From contig CAVYGB010000008.1 of the NCBI GenBank assembly GCA_963767925.1, positions 1,376,001 to 1,440,000 of the forward strand: 64,000 nt of DNA. Reading direction: 5' to 3'. Origin of the DNA: an uncultured delta proteobacterium. Its GTDB lineage: Bacteria; Myxococcota_A; Polyangia; Fen-1088. Position numbers and translations under genes: made by a program. The notes under the pieces are model-generated. The model was not told the origin of the DNA. It was given only the letters and a program-made list of their open reading frames with translations, and did not search any database. How positions within the stretch are numbered: position 1 is the first letter of the stretch; every line of letters begins with the position of its first letter. Positions 46,980 through 56,588 of the stretch are shown here, in pieces.

Positions 46980-47627
46980 ATGAAGATCGGCGTGCTGGGC
47001 ACTGGAACCGTCGGACAGACCATCGGGGGCAAGCTGTGCGCCCTGGGACACGAGGTGCGCATGGGTGCCCGCCAGTCCGGCAACGACAAGGCGGCCGCCT
47101 GGGTCAAGCAGGCGGGTCCTCACGCTTCGCAGGGCACCTTCGCCGACGCGGCAGGCTTCGGGGAGATGGTGTTCAACTGCACCGCCGGTGCGGGCTCGCT
47201 CGATGCTTTGCAGGCGGCCGGCGCGGGAAATCTGGCGGGCAAGGTCCTCGTCGACGTGTCGAACCCCCTCGATTTTTCCCGGGGCATGCCCCCCTCGCTG
47301 TTCCTCAGCAACACCGATTCGCTCGGCGAGCAGATCCAGCGGGCCTTTCCCGGGGCCCGGGTGGTCAAGACCCTCAACACGGTGACCGCCGACGTCATGG
47401 TCGACCCGGGCCGGGTGGGGCAGGGCAACCACGACATCTTCCTCAGCGGCAACGACGGCGCGGCCAAGGGGCGGGTCGCCGAGCTCCTGGGCGGATTCGG
47501 CTGGAAGAACATCTTCGACCTCGGGGACATCAGCACCTCCCGGGGGACGGAGGCCTACCTCCTGCTGTGGATCCGACTCTGGGGCAGCCTCGGCTCCCCC
47601 GACTTCAACATCCACCTCGTGCGCTGA
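46980..47627 (+). CDS. NADPH-dependent F420 reductase-family oxidoreductase
   Basis: GTGTVG Rossmann motif, GKVLVDVSNP, SLGEQIQ, VVKTLNT. Confidence 0.88.
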   Translation: MKIGVLGTGTVGQTIGGKLCALGHEVRMGARQSGNDKAAAWVKQAGPHASQGTFADAAGFGEMVFNCTAGAGSLDALQAAGAGNLAGKVLVDVSNPLDFSRGMPPSLFLSNTDSLGEQIQRAFPGARVVKTLNTVTADVMVDPGRVGQGNHDIFLSGNDGAAKGRVAELLGGFGWKNIFDLGDISTSRGTEAYLLLWIRLWGSLGSPDFNIHLVR

Positions 47628-47660
47628 CCGGCGCCGGGGCGCTCCCCGCTCGCCGGCCCG

Positions 47661-48872
47661 CTACAGACAGCCGCCGGCCTGCGGCAGGTCGACGAAGCGC
47701 TGGCCTTCGATGGTCCACCACTTGGTGGTTGTCGTCCGCGGCTTACCCACGTTGTCGAACTGGAGCTGGCCGGTCAGGCCGTAGTACTCGATCTCCTGAC
47801 CCTCGCGGAGGAGCCGCAGGCCCTCGCCAAGCTCGTTCCAGTGGACCGGGATGCCGCCGGCGCGGGTGACGTGGACCAGCTCGCTCGTGAGATCGTTCCC
47901 CGTGGGAACCGGCCGGCCTCCTCGCATCGCCCGCTGGATGGAGAGCGTCGCCAGGGCAGCGGCGTCGTAGAAGGCGTAGGCGTCGTCGAGGGGGGCGTCC
48001 TCCCAGCGGGCGTTGTACAGCGTGCGAAAGTCGCCCCCGCCCGCCACGGTACCGGTGGAGATCCCGCGGGCCCCATCCAGCGAGCCCCGGGGAATGGCCT
48101 CGAGGAAGGCCGGCGTGTGCAGGGTGGGGGAGAGGTACCAGCGGGTGGGTTCCTGGAGCTCGCCGATGGCGCTCAGCGCGTAGATCAGAGAAACCGCCAG
48201 GTCCGGCGGCGCGGCCAGCAGGTACGCGTCCGCGTTGAGCATCTCGCGGGTGAGCTGGCGGACGCCGGTCGCGCTGGAAGACGACCGGCTGAGGATGTGC
48301 CTGGGCAGGTTGTAGGCGTTGCTGAGGGCGAACGACAGCGACCCGTTGTAGCTGCCGGCGCTCACGATCTGCATGATCTGGCGGCGGCCGTCGACCCTGG
48401 ACTGACTCACGAGCTCGCAGGCGATCCGCACCACGCCGGGCCCCATGACGAACCAGTCCGCCGGCTTGTATTCGACGTCGGACGCCGTGGCGTAGCTGGG
48501 CAAGAGCATGGTTCGGTTCATCAGGATGTCGCGGAGCTGGGTGAGGAAATCGCCCGCGTCCGGACCGATGATGATGACCGCGCCGGCCTCGAGCAGCTCC
48601 CGGGTCGGCGCGGCCACCTTGCTGGGGTCGCTGAGGGTGTCTCGCGAGACGAGGCGGAGCGGCCGGTCCTCGACGCCGCCGGCGGCGTTGGCGGCTTCGA
48701 TGGCCAGGGCCACCGCGCGCTCGGAGTTGGCGCTGTTGCCGGCCAGCAGCCCGGTGTAGGAGAGCAGCAAGCCGATCGGGATTGAATTGTCGGCCGGCTC
48801 CGGATCACCACAGCCGATGACCGCCGCAAGCAGCGCGGCGACGACGGGAAAGCCCGACCGAATCCCCTTCAC
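47661..48872 (-). CDS. Lipoprotein, LivJ-like type I periplasmic binding protein
   Basis: Lipobox VIGC, IGLLLSYTG, LAIEAANAAGGV.DRPL, YDAA, GLTGQLQFD. Confidence 0.82.
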   Translation of the reverse strand: MKGIRSGFPVVAALLAAVIGCGDPEPADNSIPIGLLLSYTGLLAGNSANSERAVALAIEAANAAGGVEDRPLRLVSRDTLSDPSKVAAPTRELLEAGAVIIIGPDAGDFLTQLRDILMNRTMLLPSYATASDVEYKPADWFVMGPGVVRIACELVSQSRVDGRRQIMQIVSAGSYNGSLSFALSNAYNLPRHILSRSSSSATGVRQLTREMLNADAYLLAAPPDLAVSLIYALSAIGELQEPTRWYLSPTLHTPAFLEAIPRGSLDGARGISTGTVAGGGDFRTLYNARWEDAPLDDAYAFYDAAALATLSIQRAMRGGRPVPTGNDLTSELVHVTRAGGIPVHWNELGEGLRLLREGQEIEYYGLTGQLQFDNVGKPRTTTTKWWTIEGQRFVDLPQAGGCL

Positions 48873-49130
48873 CTGTGGACCTCTCAGCGCCGCGGCCTCA
48901 GGGGACTTGCCACCCGGTTGGTCGAGTCTCCATCGCACGGCCCAACCGATCTGGATCGGCGCGTTCGGGATGAGGCTTGAGTCCGCCGTCTGGATCGGTG
49001 GTCCCCCGGTTACCGGTCGGGAACGATCCCTGCGGCGGCGCGCACGGTAAGGGCCGGATTCCTGGCAAAAAGTCGAAAGAATCCGCAACCTCGAACGTTG
49101 GTATGACGATTGTAAGAGCGAGCCAACGTC

Positions 49131-49562
49131 ATGTGCCCTGCCACCATCACCCATCTCGAGTCGAGGCGTTCGCGCGCCTCGAAGGGCGCCGCGTTGCCCA
49201 CGTCAGGACGCGTCGCGGATGTGATCGACGGAACCGCCGTGCGGGTGCCGTCCTGGTTCACGGCTGCTCAGGCCCGCCAGGTCGCCTCGCTCAAGCGCGT
49301 TCATCATCTGCTGGTGGAGGAACGCGGGCAGGTGGCTGGCACGGTCGCCGTGACGGCGCTGGCGCGGGCGGCGGCCACCGACCCGGTCGCCCGCTGGATG
49401 GTCCGCTCCCCGATCCACCTCACGCCCGAAGCGCCGCTCGAGGCGGCGCGGCGGCTGATGCACCAGGCGGGCGTGAGCTGCTTGCCCGTCGTCCGGAGCG
49501 GCATCCTGCTCGGAACCCTCAGCCTCGACGATCTGGACGACGGCGTCGCCCGGGCGGCCTGA
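49131..49562 (+). CDS. CBS-domain protein
   Basis: VHHLLV..GQVAG and LM....SCLPVV..GILLGTLS tandem CBS patterns. Confidence 0.75.
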   Translation: MCPATITHLESRRSRASKGAALPTSGRVADVIDGTAVRVPSWFTAAQARQVASLKRVHHLLVEERGQVAGTVAVTALARAAATDPVARWMVRSPIHLTPEAPLEAARRLMHQAGVSCLPVVRSGILLGTLSLDDLDDGVARAA

Positions 49563-49585
49563 GGCGCGGGCCCCTGCCGGCTCCG

Positions 49586-50296
49586 CTACAGGGGTCGCGC
49601 GTCCGCGGCCGGCATCCCGCGGTGGCTGGTCCGCGCCGATCGGGGACCCGCCGTCACACCGGCGTCCGCGTAGGGTCGCAGGATGCCCCGGTAGGTCGCA
49701 ATGGAGACCGCTTCGGTGCGGCTCTGGGCGCCCAGCTTGCTCAGGATGCTGCTCACGTACAGATCCACCGTGCGGTGGGAGATCCCGAGCACCGCTGCGG
49801 CCTCCCGGTTGGAGGCGCCGTCGGCCACCTGCTCGAGCACCTGGCGCTCGCGCCGGGTGAGCTCGGGCAGGCCGGCAGAGCTGGTGATCCGGCGGCGGAT
49901 CTCGGTGGTCATGAAGCCCGAGCCCGCGTGGACGGTGCGAATCGCTGCCACCAGGTCCTCGCCACTCGACTCCTCCTTGTTGAGGTAGCCACGCGCCCCG
50001 GCCTTCAAGGCCCGGGAGATGTCCTCGTCGCCCACGTACTGGGACAGGAACAGGATGGCCGCATCGGGCGCCTGCGCGCGCAGGGCAGCGGTCACCTGCA
50101 GGCCGCCCATGCCCCGCAGCCGCAGGTCGAGCACGGTGACGTCGGGCGCGAGGCTGGCAAAGAGGCCGAGCGCGGTCTCGCCATCCGGGGCCATTCCCAC
50201 GACCGTGATATCGCGCTGTCCCGAGAGGAAGACGGCGGTGCCCAGGCGCGTGTAAAAGCTACTTTCGACGAGGAGCACGCGAATGACTTCGCTCAT
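49586..50296 (-). CDS. NarL/LuxR-family response regulator
   Basis: PDVTVLDLRL, ALKAGARGYLNK, LTRRERQVL..VADGASN, ILSKLGAQSRTEAV. Confidence 0.9.
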   Translation of the reverse strand: MSEVIRVLLVESSFYTRLGTAVFLSGQRDITVVGMAPDGETALGLFASLAPDVTVLDLRLRGMGGLQVTAALRAQAPDAAILFLSQYVGDEDISRALKAGARGYLNKEESSGEDLVAAIRTVHAGSGFMTTEIRRRITSSAGLPELTRRERQVLEQVADGASNREAAAVLGISHRTVDLYVSSILSKLGAQSRTEAVSIATYRGILRPYADAGVTAGPRSARTSHRGMPAADARPL

Positions 50297-50473
50297 GTTC
50301 TGCGGGGGCAGCGTTGCAACCGACGAGCCAGCGGAAAACCGCGCCGTCCCGCCATCCACCCGCGACAGCGGTGTCCGGGCACCGCGGTCCGGGCCCCCGG
50401 CCGAGCACGCTCCGGCCGGGCGGCGTGACCCCGCCGTGGGGCGGTCCATGACGCGCGTCGGATCCAGGAGCCC

Positions 50474-51725
50474 GTGCCCGTAGAACCTTGTCCCTCGCCG
50501 CGGACGCTCGAAGTGTTCGCCGTCGGTGGCCTGACCCCGGCGCAGCGCCAGCGCATCGAGGCCCACGTCGCCGCCTGCGAGCGGTGCCGTCCCCGGGTGA
50601 CCGAGCGGCTGGGACACCCGGTCACCTTGCCGCCGGCCTGGAGCCAGGGGACCACCGCGCCGCCCTCGGGAGGCGAGCGCCGCCTCCGCTCTCCCCGGGT
50701 CGGACAGCAGGTCGGGCGGTTCACGATCCTCGAGCAGATAGGGGCAGGCGGCGCCGGGTCGGTCTTCGCGGCGTTCGATCCGGCGCTCGACCGGCGGATC
50801 GCCCTCAAGTTCGTCCGGGTGACCACGCCGGAGGCGATGGCGCTCCTGTTCGAGGAAGCCAGCGTCATGGGCCCGGATCGCCCATCCCAACGTCGTCACC
50901 GTCTACGACGTGGGTCAGCTCGAGGGAGCGCCCTTCATCGCCATGGAGCTCGTGGAGGGGCAGACCCTCGCCGACTGGGGCGCGCGCCAACCCGCGCGCA
51001 AGCCCGGCCCCACCGACCTGGGGTTCGCCGCCCTCAGCTACGGCCTGCTCCATGTGCTGCGCGACGATCTCGAGACTGGCCTGCGCCACATGCGGATCGG
51101 CCTGGCCAGCATGCAGCCGGTGTACGAGCCCAGCAACGACAACATCCTCTCCTGCCGGCACAACCTGGGCCACGCGCTGATCATCGCCGGCCACACCGCG
51201 GAGGCGCAGCGGGTCCTCGAGGCCGGCATCGAGGCCGCCCGGAAGGAGGGGCGGCTGACCTCCCAGGTCGCCGATCTGCGGGCCCAGCAGGGGTACGCGC
51301 TGCTGACCGAGGGGCGGGCCGAGGCCGCGCTGCGGGCTTACCAGGAGGCCTTCACCCAGCATCAGAAGGCCGAGACGGTGGAGGAGGGCCTCGCTTTCAC
51401 CCTGCACGGCCTGGGCAGCGCCTCGCTCGCCCTCGGGCGAGCGGATCGGGCCGTGGAGTATCTGGAGCGGGCCTTCAAGGTGCGGCCGCCGACCACCTCG
51501 GCGGACCTGGTGCTGCGGGCGAACATCCCGTTCGTCCTCGCGCGCGCGCTGCGCGCCCGCGGGCTGGACCGCGCGCGGGCCTGTGCGCTGGCCCGCGACG
51601 CCGCCGCCGGCTACCGCAGCTTGCAAACGTCGGCGACAGGCCGCCGAGGTCGAGCGCTGGCTGGTCCGCGAGAAGTGATCGGCGCAGGCCTCGGCCAGCC
51701 CGCCCGTGCGGGAGGGCGCGGCTAG
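50474..51725 (+). pseudogene. Internally deleted Hanks kinase gene: zf-HC2-like + kinase N-lobe + TPRs (frameshift near 50870)
   Basis: HVAACERC, IGAGGAGSVF, RIALK, HPNVVTVYDVG, IAMELVEGQTL, then directly TPRs; no HRD or DFG motif. Confidence 0.72.
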
Positions 51726-52417
51726 AACGGCCGCGAGGTGAAGGGGCCACAGGCGATCGGGTCGACCATCGTCGACCGGCCCGGGCCCGAGAGCACCACC
51801 ATCAGGAGGGTCACGATCTCCTCGCGGCTGAGGTAGGTCGACAGCTTCGATCCGACCTCGAGGGCGTGGTCCTGCCGGCGGTAGGGCCCCTGGGTCTGGA
51901 TGAGCTCGCCGCCCGCCGTGCGCCGGAAGTAGGCGCTGAAATAGCGCGGAGGCAGCGGCCGGCCACACACCACCTGCCCGGCCGAGGAGGCGGCCGAGAC
52001 CCGCAACCCTTCGGGATCGAGGTGGAAGCGCCCCACCGAGCCGTTCCAGGTCCCCTCGGCGCGCAGCTCGGAGGCGTCGCCCCACACATCCATCTCGACC
52101 GGCCCGCCGGTGCCGTTGCCGGTGATGCTGCCGGGCGCGACCTGGAGCGCGAAGCCCGAGCCGCGGTGCTGGCCCGAGATCTTCCCCTTCCTGATCACCA
52201 TGTGGGAGTACGGCCCGACCGCGTGCGGCGGCCGCACGGCCAGCAACACGGTCCGCGACCCGGGGCCCCGCAGCGCGATCTGGGTTCCGTCGGGCACATC
52301 GGTGGCCCAGGCCGGCGGGCCGCCACCGCGACCGCCCAGCTCGGCGCACCCGGCCGAGACGAGCACGGCGACGAGCAACCCGACCGACCGGAGCGGCGCT
52401 GGCGTCATCGGATCCAT
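51722..52417 (-). CDS. Hypothetical lipoprotein
   Basis: Lipobox SAGC after a hydrophobic stretch; Gly-rich beta-type sequence; coding-type codon bias. Confidence 0.62.
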   Translation of the reverse strand: MDPMTPAPLRSVGLLVAVLVSAGCAELGGRGGGPPAWATDVPDGTQIALRGPGSRTVLLAVRPPHAVGPYSHMVIRKGKISGQHRGSGFALQVAPGSITGNGTGGPVEMDVWGDASELRAEGTWNGSVGRFHLDPEGLRVSAASSAGQVVCGRPLPPRYFSAYFRRTAGGELIQTQGPYRRQDHALEVGSKLSTYLSREEIVTLLMVVLSGPGRSTMVDPIACGPFTSRPF

Positions 52418-52502
52418 CCTGCCCCCGGGCGGGCGGCCGGGCCAGCCCGATCGCCAGGGCCTTTCCCGCCAGGTCGGGTGACCCCGGCCGCGTTTGGCCG
52501 CT

Positions 52503-53291
52503 TCAGCGCTTTCGACTCGGCGCGCGCGGGCGAGGTTTCTTTCCCACCGGGGCGGCCTTGCTGGACGCGATCTGGAGCTCGATGCCGAACAGCGCCGCCA
52601 GATCCTCTGCGCTGACGTCCAGGGTGGCCGCCGTCGCCCGGGCCGGCGCGGCCAGGTTCTGCGAGGCATGTTCGACGAGGTCCTGGGGGTCCACACCCCG
52701 CAGCACGAAGAGCGTCTCCGGCTTGCTGTCGAGCCGCACCCCCACGCCATACAGGGTCGCGGCCACGTGTTTGCAGACGCTCGCCCAGTCGGGACAGGAG
52801 CAGTGGACCTCGAGCTGGCGGGGCTCGGGAAACAGCCCCTCTTGCCGATCGGTGACCGCCCGCAGGACCTCGTCGGGCAGCTCGCCCCGCAGCAGCCCTA
52901 CCAGCGAGCCGATCCGGCCGGTGCAGGCCCGCGACAGCGCCTTCCAGCGGGCCGCGGGCAGCGGGGCGATGTGGATCGTCACCGTGTAGAGGCGCGTGCC
53001 GGAGACCCTGGCGTCGATCCGACCCGCGGCGATCTGGAGATCGAGCACCGCCCCCGAGCGGGCGTAGCTGCGACCGCGCGCAAGGCGGTGGGCGAAGTCG
53101 GCATAAGACTCGAGGTTCTTGCACCAGGCCTCGGCCCAGAAGCTGCTGACCAGGGCCCGCCCGCTGATCCGAACCGGCGCGAGCGCCTTGCCGGCGCGCT
53201 GCTCGAGCTTGCTGGCCGCGGCGGCGGCGCGCGACCGGCGGTCGGCGGCGGAGACGTAGGGGCGGAAGGGGGACCAGCGGCGCGGGGGCAT
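52503..53291 (-). CDS. SWIM zinc-finger protein
   Basis: RLARGRSYARSGAV, CSCPDWASVCKH, LFVLRG. Confidence 0.9.
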   Translation of the reverse strand: MPPRRWSPFRPYVSAADRRSRAAAAASKLEQRAGKALAPVRISGRALVSSFWAEAWCKNLESYADFAHRLARGRSYARSGAVLDLQIAAGRIDARVSGTRLYTVTIHIAPLPAARWKALSRACTGRIGSLVGLLRGELPDEVLRAVTDRQEGLFPEPRQLEVHCSCPDWASVCKHVAATLYGVGVRLDSKPETLFVLRGVDPQDLVEHASQNLAAPARATAATLDVSAEDLAALFGIELQIASSKAAPVGKKPRPRAPSRKR

Positions 53292-53294
53292 CGG

Positions 53295-56036
53295 TCAGGA
53301 CCACCCTTGCCCGGCCGCCCGCACATCGAGCGAGACGAGCCGCAGGATCTCCTCGTCGGACAGCTCGGTCAGGGCGGTGCCACCGTCCCCCTCGACGATC
53401 TCCCGGGACAGCGCCCGCTTGCTCTCGATGAGGGCGTCGATGCGATCTTCGAGCGTCCCCCGGCAGATCAGCTTGTGAACCAGGACGTTGCGCCGCTGGC
53501 CGATCCGATAGGCCCGATCGGTGGCCTGGTCCTCCACCGCCGGGTTCCACCAGCGGTCGAAGTGCACGACGTGGCTGGCCGCGGTGAGGGTGAGGCCGGT
53601 GCCGCCGGCCCGCAGCGACAGCACGAAGAAGGGTGGCCCGTCCTCCGCCTGGAACTGCTCGACCAGCTTGTGACGCCGGCCCACCGCCGATTCGCCCGAC
53701 AGGATCAGGCCCGCTCGGCCGAAGCGGCGGGTCAGGAAGTCGGCCAGCGGTCGGGTCGCCTCCTTGAACTGGGTGAACACGAGCACCTTGTCCTGGCGGA
53801 CCGCGATCTCGTCGACGATCTCGCCCAGCCGCTGCAGCTTGCCGCTGTCTGCCTCCTCCCAGCTCCCATCGCGCAGCCAGTGCGAGGGGTGGTTACAGAT
53901 CTGCTTGAGCCGGGTGAGGGTCGACAGCACGATCCCCCGGCGGGCCGCGCCCTCGCTGGCGGACAGCTCCCGGGCCAGCGTCGCCACCGCCTGCTGATAG
54001 AGGGCGGTCTGCTTGCGGCTCAGGCCGCAGAAGGCCTTCACCTCGGTCTTGTCGGGCAGGTCGGCGATGATCTGCTTCTGGGTCTTGAGCCGGCGGAGGA
54101 TGTAGGGCGACACGAGGGCCCGCAGGGGGGCGTAGGTGTCGTGGGGGCGGGTCTCCAGGTTCTTCACGAAGGCAGAGAACTCCCGCTCGGTGCCCAGCAG
54201 CCCCGGGTTGGAGAAGGCGAAGATCGACCACAGGTCCCCCAGCCGGTTCTCGACCGGCGTGCCGGTGAGGGCCACCCGGCAGCGCGCCCGCAGCCCCCGC
54301 ATGGCGCGGGCCTGCTTGGTCCCGGCGTTCTTGATGGCCTGCGCCTCGTCGGCGATGACCACGTCCCAGGTGACCCGGGCCAGCGCCGGCAGCCGCTGCA
54401 GGCTGCCGTAGCTGGTGACGACGACGTCGAACCGGGCCAGCGCCGCCTCGTCGAGGGCCGCCAGCTCGCCCGCCGGCGTCTCCGAGGCGTGGGCGATCAG
54501 GATCTGAAGGGAAGGGGCGAAGCGGGTCAGCTCCGCTCGCCAGTTACCCAGCAGCGAGGCGGGCGCCACCACCAGGCTGGGGGCGGGCAGGGACCCGGGG
54601 TTCGATCCGTTGCCGCCCCGGCGCGGGGAGGCCGTCCGCTGGCACAGCACCAGCAGCCCGATGGCCTGGACGGTCTTGCCCAGCCCCATGTCGTCGGCGA
54701 GGCAGCCACCGAGGCCGAGGGCGCGCAGCCAGGACAGCCAGCGCAGGCCGGTCTGCTGGTAGGGCCGCAGCTCGGCGGTCAGCGCCTCGCCCGGATCCGC
54801 CGCCGCCAGACCCTCCGGGCTGCGCAGCCCCTGCAGCACCCCGGCCAGCCAGGGCCCCGCCACCACCCGGGCGTCCGGCTCGGGAACCCCCTCGAGCAGG
54901 TCGGCCGCCTCCCCGGCGACCGGAGCGGCGGCGGCCAACCGCAGCGCTTCGTGAAACGGGATGCCCTCGGCGTGGGCCCGCTCGGCCTGGGTCCAGCGCT
55001 CCAGGAGCTGCGCCACCCCGGCTCGATCCACCTCGACCCAGCGCCCCCGAAGGAGCACGAGGTCCTCGGTGCCGGCCAGGAGCTCCCGCACCTCCTCGTC
55101 CGACAGCGCCTGGCCGTCGAGGGTGACCGCCACGTCGAAATCGAGCAGGGCCTCCGCGCCGAGGTCCCCGGGCGCCTTGCCACCGACCGTGATCTGAACG
55201 GCGGCCCGGGGGGGACGGCGGCGGCCCCACTGCTCGGGGACCCGCACCATGAGGCCGGCCGTCTCCAGCGCCTCGGCATCGCGAAGCAGGGCCAGCGCCT
55301 CGGCGGGAGACCAGGCCAGCGGCTGGTACAGCGCGCCCGACTCGACCAGGGCCTTGACCCAGGCGCAGCCCGCGGCCGCCCGGTCGACCGGCGCCAGGAG
55401 CGACAGGAGGACCTGTCGGTTGCGGGCGCCGGCATACTCCCGCAGCGCCTGGCCCAGGGGGGCATGTCGGATCCGGCCGCCTTCGCCCACCCCGACCGTG
55501 TAGGTGGCCAGGAAGGCGAACGGTCGCTGGGGATCGCGCCGGTTCTCGGCGAGATGAAAGTGCACCCGCCCGACCAGGTTCCACACCGGGCTGGCCGCCC
55601 GCAGGACCGCTTCCAGCGTCGCCCCGGGCGCGGTCACCCGCACGGCCAGAGCAGCGCGCGCCTCGCTCCACCAGCGGCGCAGGTGCTCGGCCTGCACATA
55701 TTCGCCCCCCCGCATCGGAGGCAGGGTCAGCAGCAGGCGGCCCTGGGTGGCCTCGTCGAGCGCGGGCTCACCGGCCCGCAGCGCCCGCTCGGGTTCGGCG
55801 AGCTGGCAGACCTGGGCCAGCAGGGCACGACCCAGGTCGCGAAAGTAGCCCAGGACCGGGGGCAAGGTGGTGGCCACCTCCGCTGACCCCAGGTGGAGCA
55901 GCCCGGGCCCCTCACCCTCGGCGAACGCCGCCGTGATCCGGCCGGCCGCGCTCTCCTCGACCGGCGCCGGCGAGGCCGGGTCGGGATCGGGGCGCAGGTG
56001 CCCCGACGGCGAGACGAACATGGACAGCGCAGGCAC
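53295..56036 (-). CDS. SNF2-family DEAD/DEAH helicase-like ATPase (start 56021-56036 uncertain)
   Basis: LRPYQ, LADDMGLGKT, DEAQ, ALTGTPVEN, VFTQF, SLRAGGTGLTL, QATDRAYRIGQ. Confidence 0.94.
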   Translation of the reverse strand: MPALSMFVSPSGHLRPDPDPASPAPVEESAAGRITAAFAEGEGPGLLHLGSAEVATTLPPVLGYFRDLGRALLAQVCQLAEPERALRAGEPALDEATQGRLLLTLPPMRGGEYVQAEHLRRWWSEARAALAVRVTAPGATLEAVLRAASPVWNLVGRVHFHLAENRRDPQRPFAFLATYTVGVGEGGRIRHAPLGQALREYAGARNRQVLLSLLAPVDRAAAGCAWVKALVESGALYQPLAWSPAEALALLRDAEALETAGLMVRVPEQWGRRRPPRAAVQITVGGKAPGDLGAEALLDFDVAVTLDGQALSDEEVRELLAGTEDLVLLRGRWVEVDRAGVAQLLERWTQAERAHAEGIPFHEALRLAAAAPVAGEAADLLEGVPEPDARVVAGPWLAGVLQGLRSPEGLAAADPGEALTAELRPYQQTGLRWLSWLRALGLGGCLADDMGLGKTVQAIGLLVLCQRTASPRRGGNGSNPGSLPAPSLVVAPASLLGNWRAELTRFAPSLQILIAHASETPAGELAALDEAALARFDVVVTSYGSLQRLPALARVTWDVVIADEAQAIKNAGTKQARAMRGLRARCRVALTGTPVENRLGDLWSIFAFSNPGLLGTEREFSAFVKNLETRPHDTYAPLRALVSPYILRRLKTQKQIIADLPDKTEVKAFCGLSRKQTALYQQAVATLARELSASEGAARRGIVLSTLTRLKQICNHPSHWLRDGSWEEADSGKLQRLGEIVDEIAVRQDKVLVFTQFKEATRPLADFLTRRFGRAGLILSGESAVGRRHKLVEQFQAEDGPPFFVLSLRAGGTGLTLTAASHVVHFDRWWNPAVEDQATDRAYRIGQRRNVLVHKLICRGTLEDRIDALIESKRALSREIVEGDGGTALTELSDEEILRLVSLDVRAAGQGWS

Positions 56037-56102
56037 GAGAGGGTCCGGAAGGTATGGGCTTTCATAACCCAAAAGCGGCCTCGGGCCACGACCCGCCGTC
56101 AC

Positions 56103-56306
56103 CCGGTCAAGGAGGCCCGCCACCGGGAGCAGCAGGGCAGCCTGGTCAGCGAGCCAGCGGACGACACCGACGTCCGGAGCGCCCCCGCCAACCCGGGCCT
56201 GCTCGGCGGTCCGGAGTTCGAGCGCTACATCCAGTTCGTGGAGGCCATCGACGACCTCGTGCGCGAGGCCAAGGAAGTGGTCCGCCCCCTGGCGCGGCCG
56301 CGCTGA
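56103..56306 (+). pseudogene. Probable 3' remnant of an unidentified gene
   Basis: About 67 codons almost all ending in G/C (…FERYIQFVEAIDDLVREAKEVV…) with no nearby in-frame start. Confidence 0.45.
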
Positions 56307-56312
56307 ACGCGG

Positions 56313-56588
56313 TTAGTGATCGTGGACGACGGCCCAGTCGTGGACCTGGTCCATCGGGATGTAAACGATGTGCTCCCGCTCGGGCGGGGGCTTGTCACGC
56401 CGGGGCGGCAGCTCGTAACCGCGCAGGGCCAGCGCCGAGCCGGAATCGTCGGGGATGGGCTCGTGCAGCCGTCCGCGCATGCGCCTGCCATCAACCAGGA
56501 TCACTTCGATGGTCTTGAGGCGATAGGTCGCGTTCAGCTTCCTCGTCAGCGTGCTCAGATCTCGAAATAACACCGTTATGGAAGACAT
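56313..56588 (-). CDS. Small hypothetical protein with Sm/LSm-like pattern
   Basis: 91 aa; KTIEVILVDGRRMRGRL and HIVYIPMDQV resemble Sm1 and Sm2 strands. Confidence 0.6.
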   Translation of the reverse strand: MSSITVLFRDLSTLTRKLNATYRLKTIEVILVDGRRMRGRLHEPIPDDSGSALALRGYELPPRRDKPPPEREHIVYIPMDQVHDWAVVHDH

